This document shows positions 28,227-36,648 of a stretch of 64,000 nt of DNA, one piece after another. A program made the translations under genes and the position numbers. How positions within the stretch are numbered: the stretch's first letter is position 1; each line of letters opens with the position of its first letter. Location: positions 315,122 through 379,121 of the forward strand of contig CAZBWB010000001.1 of NCBI GenBank assembly GCA_964495875.1, written 5' to 3'. Under the pieces are notes generated by a model that saw nothing but the letters and a program-made list of their open reading frames with translations, searched no databases and was not told where the DNA came from. This DNA is from Candidatus Woesearchaeota archaeon (GTDB lineage Archaea; Nanobdellota; Nanobdellia; Pacearchaeales; GW2011-AR1).

Positions 28227-29303
28227 TTAAGCATCTCCTATATCTGTGATTCTCATGCAGATGAAGTGAACACCATTAATAGCGCAATCACCACTAGCAC
28301 CATCTTTACAGGATGATGCTGCTGTATCTGAATCAACAGGATAACTAGAACATATTTCTAGATTCGAAGGGATATCATAACACTCATTAGAAACGCCTGT
28401 TAGAATATAACCAGATGGACAGCTATCTTGAACGATCGATGAACTCCCATCTTCATCACAAGCCGCACCATTATAGCATGATAAATACTGAACATTCAAA
28501 CCAAGATTTTTTCCTGTGGATGCATCACCAATTTGTAAATCTGCTGTTGGTGTTGTTGTCCCGATACCCACATTTCCGCCATTGAAATAAGAATTTCCCT
28601 CAACATTGAACAGAATTCTATTGTTATCTTCAGCATCTTTTATTATGATGGTTTTATTATCCAAAGCATCAAAAATTAAAGAATTTAACTTATAACGGAT
28701 TCTTAAGGCATTTCCAGCCGCTCTCCAAATGCCAACCGCATCATTGTCTCCTGTTGAATTTCTGAAATAAAAATATTTGGCATTATCGAAAATAATATTT
28801 CCACCTGAAATATCTAACAACTGATTTGGGCTGTCTGTCCCAATTCCGACGTTTCCACCTTCTTCAAAGGTTACTCTTGGAGTTGAAGTATCATCTTCAT
28901 AAAAAATCAGGTCTCCATTATTCTCTGCTGCATTTCCAATATACCATTCAGGAGTTCCTGCAGTCTTAAATATAACTCTGTAATGGTTACCTTGTCCTGC
29001 TCTGTCAATATTGATACCTGCCCCACTCGTAGAATCTATAGTCAAACCATTGCCTGCCAAATTCCCTTCTATTTCAAGGAAATCATTTGGACTCACAGTT
29101 CCTATACCCACATATCCTACTGTAGAATTAACAAATAATACTCCGCTCGCATTGAAATTATCTCCGACTTCTAAAGCTCCTTCTTTAACAATAACATCGC
29201 TTGCAATAGCCATTGACAAACCAAGTATAAGAAAAATCAAAATACCGATTACTGGTTTGCTGTTTAATATATCCAAAACCTTCAACCCTCTTTTTCTTTT
29301 CAT
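28227..29303 (-). CDS. Secreted tail-fibre-like repeat protein with Cys-rich C-terminus
   Basis: N-terminal anchor KPVIGILIFLILGLSMAIA. Three copies of a G(Y/N)VGIGT-x-x-P-x-x-x-L-(E/D/Q)I-x-G motif (GYVGIGTVSPNDFLEIEG, GNVGIGTDSPNQLLDISG, GNVGIGTTTPTADLQIGD), which I associate with phage/bacterial tail-fibre-type proteins. The C-terminus has 8 Cys. Confidence 0.5.
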   Translation of the reverse strand: MKRKRGLKVLDILNSKPVIGILIFLILGLSMAIASDVIVKEGALEVGDNFNASGVLFVNSTVGYVGIGTVSPNDFLEIEGNLAGNGLTIDSTSGAGINIDRAGQGNHYRVIFKTAGTPEWYIGNAAENNGDLIFYEDDTSTPRVTFEEGGNVGIGTDSPNQLLDISGGNIIFDNAKYFYFRNSTGDNDAVGIWRAAGNALRIRYKLNSLIFDALDNKTIIIKDAEDNNRILFNVEGNSYFNGGNVGIGTTTPTADLQIGDASTGKNLGLNVQYLSCYNGAACDEDGSSSIVQDSCPSGYILTGVSNECYDIPSNLEICSSYPVDSDTAASSCKDGASGDCAINGVHFICMRITDIGDA

Positions 29304-29338
29304 TGTATATTTTTATTAAACTTTTATGTTATATAAAT

Positions 29339-32300
29339 TTATGGATTTGAATTTTCAAATAACCCACCAACTAAACATAAATCTCCATATTTATCTATAC
29401 AAATAACATTATCATTGGATGAATTCCTGTAAATAAATGCGTCTTCTGGATTTGTGTTGCAGGTTGCACTATAATCAGAGCAATCTCCTGTTTCAACACA
29501 CATATCTCCTGATGAATTTATGAATGCTACATTATCACCTGTTGAGTTTTTTACAATAAAACTATTTGATCCAGGAGCATCACAACTTCCTCCTGAAAAG
29601 CAACTTCCCTTCAGGACGATATTGCCCTCATTTCCAAGCCATGCAACAACATCTCCTGATGAGCTCTTGTGGTAAAATTTGTAGGTGTCGTTTGGAGGAA
29701 CGGTTATATTTATATTAAAACTAACTACTTCACTATAATTCTTATTTCCAATACTGTCTTCACAATAATAATTAACAAAATAATCTCCGTTACTCATGCT
29801 TGAATTAGTTGCGTTGAAATTTTTACTGTCTGTTGTCCCCATTGTATTATTTGTTACTCCACCATCAAGAGAATATTCACAAATTCCATATTCATTTAAG
29901 GTTATATTAAAATCAATTGAAGAAACATTGTATGTTTGATTTAATGGAGAGATTATATTCACATTCGGTGCAATATTATCCACAATAACTTTAAGACTCC
30001 AGTTTTCATCAGCAAAACTGCCTCTTGATTTATTATCATAAGCAAAACAATTCCAATCAAAGACTGTACCATTTGGAATATTACTAAGAGTAAAAATTGT
30101 GATATTGGATGTTCCACTTATACTTTTGGTTTGATTTAATTGCCAGCTTCCAGCAATATTATGATATAGACTAACATTCACAAGTTCATAATTATCGTCA
30201 GATTGACAAACTAAATCAACATCTCCTTGTGTGGTGTATGTTGAATTATCAGGGGGATAAAGCAGAGTCACTTCTGGAGGAGTGTCACAATAATATGTGC
30301 AACCAGTAACATAAAGGTCATCCCAACCGTCTGGTTTTTCACATACATTCCCAGAACCATGTTCATCAGTTGTAGCAGACATATAAATATCATAATTAGT
30401 GTTTGATGGACAAAAATTATTATCATAAAGTTGGATGCCATCTTGGTCATCTATGTAAATTCCATAGTTATTTCCAGAAAAATTGTTCCAACTTATTGTT
30501 TCCTCCAAATCATAATTAGACCCTTTAAGATATATGCCATAAGTATTATCTTCAAAAAGACTGTCAGAGATTTCATTTATACTACTCCTTGTGAAACGCA
30601 AGGCATATTCATTATTAAAAAAACTATCGTTATCAAACACATTGTTATTTGGGGAATATTCTTCTGTGCTATGAAAATAAGATCCTTCTTCCTCTGCATT
30701 AAGAAAAATACTGTCTTTGACATACAAACTTCCTCCATCACCACTTGCACTGCCATAAGATTCCAATCCTTTCTCTTCTACATCAAAAACATTATTCAAA
30801 AATTCATTTCTGTCACTATCTCCAGTAATATATATCCCCTTCGTTGAATTGAATATGCAATTAAGAATCACATTATATTCAGTATTATGAATGTGAATTG
30901 CCTCATAATCGCTTGTTATTGTAGCACCCTGACAATTTAGAAATACTTTGTCAGGGGTATTATTCATATTTACCCTCTCATCATATGTTCCTTCATCAGT
31001 AATTTTAATTATATCTTCTGTAAGAGCATTGTCTATTGCATCTTGGATTGTTGTATAATCGCATCCAGAAGAACAAACAGTTATCTCATCTCCTCCAACG
31101 CAGGTTTCATCATATTCACATTTAGTTTCACTATCACATCCAGAAGGGGTGCAACTACGAGTATATTGCCTCTGAATACTTGAACAATTTCCTCCTCCGC
31201 ATGAACCTGAGGACCAAGAGGTGCAGGTGCAAACAGTATCAATCGCTGCTGAAGCATTTATCCTTGGAAAACTCAAACCACTGCTTGGATCATAAGGATC
31301 TCCTATAAGTTTTCCCGTATCTTGCAAAATTTCTCTAATTTCCTTGGGAGTTAATGTAGGGTCTCTATCCAAAAGTAATGCTGCTACTCCAGATGCATGG
31401 GGGGCTGCCATTGAAGTGCCAGAACATCTCATGTAGTCTCCAGAACAAGTGCAAGTACCAAAACAGGAATTAGGATTCCATCTCAAGGACCATATGTTCA
31501 TACCAGGAGCCAATAGATCTAAGTTAGTTCCTCTATTTGTTAAAGATGCTAAAATATCATAATCTTTAAAAGATGCACCAACAGATGTCACATTTGCTGA
31601 ACAACCAGGATAACTTGTTCCATTGACATAATAATCATTCCCAGATATAGATATAATTGAAACATTATAAAACGTAGCGTTATTTATATCTTCATCAATT
31701 AGAGTTGGGCAAATTCCATCTTTACCAAACGGACCATATTCTCCATGATCATATATACTTATACTGATAACATTGGAACCTACACTAATACACCACTCTA
31801 TAGCCTTGCCAATATCTCCTAAAGTTCCTTCGTTATCAGAATTAAGTGATTTAACAGCATAAACATCTGCACCATATGCTACCCCTTTATAGACAGAATC
31901 TTGTGATGCGATTATCCCTGTTACATGGGTCCCATGACCACAATTATCTAAAGCAGAATTATTACCATACTCCTCAGAATTTCCATTGTAACAACAATTA
32001 GAACTTCCCCCCTCAGATGCAGAACAGAAACATGCTTCTTCAATGATTTTTCCTTGCAAATCTGCATGAGTTTTATTTACTCCTGAATCAATTACACAAA
32101 TTTTTACCCCAGTTCCATTATATCCTAAATTCCAAACATAAGGATCAACTCCAATAAAAGGAACACTTTGAGAAAGAGCCCCTTCAACAGGAGCATTAAA
32201 GTAGATTTCAGTTACTCTGCTATCATTAATCAATTTTTCAAATCCTTCTTCAGTTATCTCTGCATCTATCCGTGATGAATAAGGTGATTTATATAAATCT

Positions 32301-32524
32301 CTGATTTCATTTACTGAAAAATTAGAAAATACATTATCCATCTCTGAAATATCTTTCAAATCTATAAGAACAGCTACCCAATTAGAATTATTCAATTCTT
32401 TTATAATTCCCTGATCAATTATCTTAGCTTCTTCCGAAGAAATCATCTGGATTTGAAAAATAAAAAACAATATAAAAATACCAAATACAACTAATCCAAT
32501 TTTTCTGCCTCTTTTTTTCTGCAT
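29339..32524 (-). CDS. Subtilisin-like serine protease (S8) with propeptide, beta-helix and Ig-like C-terminal domains
   Basis: Catalytic triad motifs VIDSGVNKTHADL (Asp146, codon 32089-32087), GHGTHVTGIIAS and SGTSMAAPHASGVAALLL. Downstream are right-handed beta-helix-like repeats (NCIFNS, GIYI, NNVF ...) and Ig-like modules rich in N-x-S/T. Confidence 0.85.
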   Translation of the reverse strand: MQKKRGRKIGLVVFGIFILFFIFQIQMISSEEAKIIDQGIIKELNNSNWVAVLIDLKDISEMDNVFSNFSVNEIRDLYKSPYSSRIDAEITEEGFEKLINDSRVTEIYFNAPVEGALSQSVPFIGVDPYVWNLGYNGTGVKICVIDSGVNKTHADLQGKIIEEACFCSASEGGSSNCCYNGNSEEYGNNSALDNCGHGTHVTGIIASQDSVYKGVAYGADVYAVKSLNSDNEGTLGDIGKAIEWCISVGSNVISISIYDHGEYGPFGKDGICPTLIDEDINNATFYNVSIISISGNDYYVNGTSYPGCSANVTSVGASFKDYDILASLTNRGTNLDLLAPGMNIWSLRWNPNSCFGTCTCSGDYMRCSGTSMAAPHASGVAALLLDRDPTLTPKEIREILQDTGKLIGDPYDPSSGLSFPRINASAAIDTVCTCTSWSSGSCGGGNCSSIQRQYTRSCTPSGCDSETKCEYDETCVGGDEITVCSSGCDYTTIQDAIDNALTEDIIKITDEGTYDERVNMNNTPDKVFLNCQGATITSDYEAIHIHNTEYNVILNCIFNSTKGIYITGDSDRNEFLNNVFDVEEKGLESYGSASGDGGSLYVKDSIFLNAEEEGSYFHSTEEYSPNNNVFDNDSFFNNEYALRFTRSSINEISDSLFEDNTYGIYLKGSNYDLEETISWNNFSGNNYGIYIDDQDGIQLYDNNFCPSNTNYDIYMSATTDEHGSGNVCEKPDGWDDLYVTGCTYYCDTPPEVTLLYPPDNSTYTTQGDVDLVCQSDDNYELVNVSLYHNIAGSWQLNQTKSISGTSNITIFTLSNIPNGTVFDWNCFAYDNKSRGSFADENWSLKVIVDNIAPNVNIISPLNQTYNVSSIDFNITLNEYGICEYSLDGGVTNNTMGTTDSKNFNATNSSMSNGDYFVNYYCEDSIGNKNYSEVVSFNINITVPPNDTYKFYHKSSSGDVVAWLGNEGNIVLKGSCFSGGSCDAPGSNSFIVKNSTGDNVAFINSSGDMCVETGDCSDYSATCNTNPEDAFIYRNSSNDNVICIDKYGDLCLVGGLFENSNP
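32186..32400. repeat. 215-bp perfect direct repeat, copy 1 (inside the S8 protease propeptide region)
   Basis: Base-for-base identical to 32655-32869 by my manual alignment (offset 469 bp). The flanks diverge immediately on both sides. Confidence 0.9.
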
Positions 32525-32531
32525 TTTATCT

Positions 32532-32990
32532 TTACTTATTCTTGTTTCTTCTAATTATAATATACAAGATTATCGCTAAAGGGATAATCATTAATAAGAA
32601 TAACCAATAATATTTTTTTCTGTTTCTCCTTCCGCTTCCGTTATCACCTCCACTAACAGGAGCATTAAAGTAGATTTCAGTTACTCTGCTATCATTAATC
32701 AATTTTTCAAATCCTTCTTCAGTTATCTCTGCATCTATCCGTGATGAATAAGGTGATTTATATAAATCTCTGATTTCATTTACTGAAAAATTAGAAAATA
32801 CATTATCCATCTCTGAAATATCTTTCAAATCTATAAGAACAGCTACCCAATTAGAATTATTCAATTCTTCTAATATCTCATCATCATACTCAACACCAGC
32901 ATCACTGACCAACATTTCAGCTCTAATAATCCCCAACACACTCACAACTACCAAAACCATCAATACACCAAATATTATCTTATTTCTCAT
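32532..32990 (-). CDS. Stand-alone membrane-anchored copy of the S8 propeptide (I9-inhibitor-like) domain
   Basis: Signal peptide, then 71 aa identical to residues 43-113 of the S8 protease (ELNNSNWVAVLIDLKD ... TEIYFNAPV). This is followed by a Gly/Arg linker and the C-terminal TM YYWLFLLMIIPLAIILYIII. Confidence 0.6.
   Translation of the reverse strand: MRNKIIFGVLMVLVVVSVLGIIRAEMLVSDAGVEYDDEILEELNNSNWVAVLIDLKDISEMDNVFSNFSVNEIRDLYKSPYSSRIDAEITEEGFEKLINDSRVTEIYFNAPVSGGDNGSGRRNRKKYYWLFLLMIIPLAIILYIIIRRNKNK
32655..32869. repeat. 215-bp perfect direct repeat, copy 2
   Basis: Identical to 32186-32400. Confidence 0.9.
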
Positions 32991-33047
32991 ATCTTCTCAC
33001 CTCCTTTCATATTTTTAAACATATTTATAACTTCAAACATTTTTGAA

Positions 33048-33461
33048 TTATTCGTTACATCCTCCGCAATTTTCACTAACTTCTTCAGAAACTTGCTCTT
33101 TACCAAATAATCTTAAAAAGAAATTACTAATTCCATTAATTAAATTCGTAAAAACATTATCAGATTCTTTGTCGTCTTTTGATTTTTCCTCTGCCTCAAT
33201 CTCTGCCCAAGTTTTATCAACAACTTTTCTCTTAGAAATCTCAACATCACTATCTCTCCATTCGCTCCAGTTTAATCCTTTTGGTCTTAAACTTGTCTCA
33301 TATTTAACTCCATCACCATAACCATAGATTATTTTTCCATCAATAATCTTGTATTTCAAATCCATGCTATCATCATAGCTATATGGATTTGCAGAAATAA
33401 AAGAAAGCATACTTATGATAATCAAACATAATAACACACTTAAAATAACCCCTTTTTTCAT
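33048..33461 (-). CDS. Small secreted protein
   Basis: Signal peptide MKKGVILSVLLCLIIISMLSFISA. Charged mature part ending in CGGCNE. Confidence 0.45.
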   Translation of the reverse strand: MKKGVILSVLLCLIIISMLSFISANPYSYDDSMDLKYKIIDGKIIYGYGDGVKYETSLRPKGLNWSEWRDSDVEISKRKVVDKTWAEIEAEEKSKDDKESDNVFTNLINGISNFFLRLFGKEQVSEEVSENCGGCNE

Positions 33462-33529
33462 AAATTAATTAATGGAATTATCATTTAAAAAATCTCCTCA
33501 ATTTTGATATTAATCCCAAAACTCTCATA

Positions 33530-33829
33530 TCAAGACCAAATTAATCTAATATTTTTAAAAGAAAGACATTTAGAACATGTCTCGCAAAAAATCCCGCCGT
33601 CAGAAGAACCTGTAATAAAACATTTGGAATTATTCTGACATTCTCCCAATATTTCCAAGTTTGCACATTCTTCACTATCAATCTCCTCAAATATCCATCT
33701 CCCACATTTTTTGTAACAAGAATTAAATTTATTAAGAAACAAAAAACTGAAAAAAATAATAAACAAGATAAGAGTAACTAACAAACAAATCCCAATAATC
33801 TTTAAAAGCAACTTAATATCTTTGTCCAT
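33530..33829 (-). CDS. Small TM-anchored Cys-rich protein
   Basis: An N-terminal TM helix followed by about 10 Cys in 60 residues. Confidence 0.4.
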   Translation of the reverse strand: MDKDIKLLLKIIGICLLVTLILFIIFFSFLFLNKFNSCYKKCGRWIFEEIDSEECANLEILGECQNNSKCFITGSSDGGIFCETCSKCLSFKNIRLIWS

Positions 33830-33830
33830 T

Positions 33831-34196
33831 TTATGTTAAATCAACACATACAGGAATTTTTCTTAAAAAAAATGAAATGATAAAAATAAAAACATCAAAA
33901 ATAGGGATAATTTTTCCAAGAAAAATTTTATATTTAATTGAATAAATAAAACTCCAGATAATAAACCCCAAGAAAATTGGAAAAACTAAAAATAAAAAAG
34001 GATTAAACAAAGGATTTTTACAACTTACATCAAGAATAAAATAAACACAAAGCCACAAAACAGGAAGAAAAATCACACTAATAACAGAAAACAATTTTTT
34101 TCTGCTAAATTTTTTTCCAACCTTGACGACATCAATTACAAATAGAAAAAAGGACAAAAGAAAACTTGCAAAAATTAATAAATACAAAACTTCCAT
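33831..34196 (-). CDS. Small polytopic membrane protein
   Basis: Four hydrophobic segments. Its stop is 1 nt from the next gene's start. Confidence 0.4.
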   Translation of the reverse strand: MEVLYLLIFASFLLSFFLFVIDVVKVGKKFSRKKLFSVISVIFLPVLWLCVYFILDVSCKNPLFNPFLFLVFPIFLGFIIWSFIYSIKYKIFLGKIIPIFDVFIFIISFFLRKIPVCVDLT

Positions 34197-34299
34197 TTAA
34201 TTCTTTTAAAGATTTTCCCTTTTAAAACTTATCCATTTATTGGTAAAAATTTTTAGCAAAATCCCAAAAATTAATAAACTCCTTCAGCATTCTCCTTGC

Positions 34300-34629
34300 A
34301 TGCCAGACGGAACAAATCCTTATGAGGGGCAATTTTTAGGAGAAGCAAATGTAAAGTTGAGGGATTTGGAAGAAAAGCAGAGAATTCTCAAAGATAGATT
34401 GATTCTGATTGGACAAAATCTTATTGAGACGAGAGAACGAACGACTGAAAAAATACTGGAAATAAAAAAAGATATTGAACTGTTAAAACAAAACATGGAA
34501 CGAATGATTTCATTTTTAGAATCTGCGTCAGCAGAATTTTCCAAATTTGCAAAAAAAGAAGATTTGGAAATTCTTTACAAACAGGCAAAAATGTTCCAGC
34601 CATCAAAATATATGAAAGAAGAAGAATAA
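34300..34629 (+). CDS. Coiled-coil protein of unknown function
   Basis: The ORF-track start at 34240 is TTG, so I prefer the ATG at 34300 (MPDGTNPYEG...). Heptad-like E/K/L-rich sequence. Confidence 0.45.
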   Translation: MPDGTNPYEGQFLGEANVKLRDLEEKQRILKDRLILIGQNLIETRERTTEKILEIKKDIELLKQNMERMISFLESASAEFSKFAKKEDLEILYKQAKMFQPSKYMKEEE

Positions 34630-34848
34630 ACTCACATAAAAGGGAATTTTTATAAACATTCTTAGATTAAAAAAAGTATAAATGGTGACAAAAATTAAAT
34701 TAAATGTGTGGTATCCATCGGATTGCACGAAAAGATGCCACCCTTCAGAGCTTAGAGGAAGGAGCGAGGTTATTGGAAAGCGACAAAAATACCAAACTAA
34801 TAACGACTTTTCAATGGACGAGAAGAGAAGAACAAGGGGTGTCTTCGC

Positions 34849-35520
34849 ATGGGCGTCTTAGAACAAGTTTCACAATTAAAAAGTCAGAATGTGCCAGAAC
34901 AGGAAATTATCAATAGATTAAGACAACAGGGAATTTCTCCCAAAGATATCAATGATGCATTAAGCCAGTCACAAATAAAAAATGCTGTTTATACTCCGCA
35001 GGAAGTGGCACCGCCATCAGGAGAGCAAATTCCAATGCAAGAAAGAGAAGAAGCCGCATATATTCCACAAACAAGAGATATAGAACAACCAGGACCTGTT
35101 CCTCAGCCACAGGAATTTTACCCCCCCCAACCCCAAGAAGAATATGCTGCTCCCCAGGGAGTCTATCATCAAGAAGGATACGGATATCCTGAAGAAACGT
35201 ATGATTCTGGAATGATGGTTGAGATAGCAGAACAGGTTTTTGCTGAAAAAATAAAAAAAATGAAACAACAAATTGATAATATTGAAGAAACAATGACGCT
35301 CCTTCAAACTCAAACAGAACATATCACAGAAAGACTAAAAAGAACTGAATTAATAATTGATAAATTAGAAGTCGCTGTTCTTGAAAGGGTTGGTTCTTAT
35401 GGAAGAAATTTGGAAAGTATAAAAAAAGAAATGCAAATGATTGAAGATTCTTTTTCAAAAATAATTCCTGGTGCTAAAAAAATTTCTCATAGAACCAGAA
35501 AGACATCCAGAAGAAGATAA
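34849..35520 (+). CDS. Protein with small N-terminal helical domain, P/Q-rich linker and C-terminal coiled coil
   Basis: A GGGGTG Shine-Dalgarno-like element lies 7-14 nt upstream of the ATG. Sequence features are QLKSQNVPEQEIINRLRQQGISPKDINDALSQ, a PQPQEFYPPQPQEEY linker, and a coiled-coil C-terminus. Confidence 0.5.
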   Translation: MGVLEQVSQLKSQNVPEQEIINRLRQQGISPKDINDALSQSQIKNAVYTPQEVAPPSGEQIPMQEREEAAYIPQTRDIEQPGPVPQPQEFYPPQPQEEYAAPQGVYHQEGYGYPEETYDSGMMVEIAEQVFAEKIKKMKQQIDNIEETMTLLQTQTEHITERLKRTELIIDKLEVAVLERVGSYGRNLESIKKEMQMIEDSFSKIIPGAKKISHRTRKTSRRR

Positions 35521-36093
35521 TTATTTTCCTCCGCCAAATTCTCTGCCCCAGACAGATTTTGGAATCGGCATTTTGCCTTTTGCAGAACCTGCAATTACTG
35601 CAATGACCAATGCAATAATAATCACAACTCCGATAACTGTCACCCAATTATCCTGCCACCAGGTTCCGGTAGACCAGCCCACACTTCCTGCTGCCTGAAT
35701 TAAAACAACTACAAAAATAATCACACCAATCCCCACAAGAATCCAGGTCATAGCAGGATGCTCTGGATCTATGAAAAGTCCGACAAGAATAAAAAGTGCA
35801 AGTATAATTGCTAGAGCAATTCCTACTTTCGGAAATATTGCAGAGAAAAAAGTCGAGACTGTCTCAAACTGAATTGCTATTAGTCCCACGACCAAGGCAA
35901 TGATTGCATTTATCGCTTTATTTTCTTTAAAGAGTTTGACTTTTGTAAGAATTCCAAAAATCAGGGCAAAGATTAACAGAAAAGGCAGAAGATAACTGAA
36001 AAAACCAATCTCTTCCCATTTGCTGAACATATCTCCTAACCAGCCTTCTCCTACTTCTCCAACAGAAGCCAGAAATACCAACCCTTTTATCAT
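35521..36093 (-). CDS. Polytopic membrane protein, paralogue A
   Basis: Shares FFSYLLPFLLIFALIFGILTKVKLF ... AINAIIALVVGLIAI with the neighbouring gene (FSRFILPFLLIFFIVFAILEKTKLF ... LNALISFVIGLIFV). Confidence 0.5.
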   Translation of the reverse strand: MIKGLVFLASVGEVGEGWLGDMFSKWEEIGFFSYLLPFLLIFALIFGILTKVKLFKENKAINAIIALVVGLIAIQFETVSTFFSAIFPKVGIALAIILALFILVGLFIDPEHPAMTWILVGIGVIIFVVVLIQAAGSVGWSTGTWWQDNWVTVIGVVIIIALVIAVIAGSAKGKMPIPKSVWGREFGGGK

Positions 36094-36143
36094 AAGAGAA
36101 ATTATGCAAATATGTTTAAATATGTTTCGTTAAAAATTAAAAA

Positions 36144-36644
36144 TTATTCTTTCTTTTTCTGTGCCAAGATTAATGCTAGAGCAATTGCAATAACGATTAT
36201 AAAAGAGAAATTTGTCCAAAAGGTTTTGCTCCAGGACTGATGAAATAAAAATGTTCCAATATTCTCATAAAATCCTGTTGCCCAAACGAGCGCTATGATA
36301 AATGCAATACCCGCAACCACAGCCAAGACTATCTTCATCCAATTCGTTGGTTTAAATCCTTCTTTATCTCCAAAGATAAATCCCCAAAACAAAAGGATAA
36401 CAAAAATTGCCACAATTGCCACTGTCAAAAATAAAACCAAATTACTGACAACCAAGGTTGGATAGAGAACACTCACAAAAATCAAACCAATAACAAAAGA
36501 TATCAGAGCATTCAGTTGCTTTTTGCCTTCTCCGAAAAGTTTCGTTTTTTCAAGAATTGCAAAAACTATAAAAAAGATTAACAAAAAAGGCAGAATAAAT
36601 CTGCTAAAGACTGGATTTTGTAATATTGTTTCTTCATCAGCCAT
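36144..36644 (-). CDS. Polytopic membrane protein, paralogue B
   Basis: Tandem paralogue of 35521-36093. See the shared N-terminal motif above. Confidence 0.5.
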   Translation of the reverse strand: MADEETILQNPVFSRFILPFLLIFFIVFAILEKTKLFGEGKKQLNALISFVIGLIFVSVLYPTLVVSNLVLFLTVAIVAIFVILLFWGFIFGDKEGFKPTNWMKIVLAVVAGIAFIIALVWATGFYENIGTFLFHQSWSKTFWTNFSFIIVIAIALALILAQKKKE

Positions 36645-36648
36645 CTTG

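Noticed and set aside
34704-34916. 70-aa ORF overlapping the start of the 34849 gene.
   Set aside because: It is in a different frame from the well-supported downstream CDS, has no SD-like element and has an R/S/T-rich non-protein-like sequence. The region is better explained as structured RNA or a leader (see findings).
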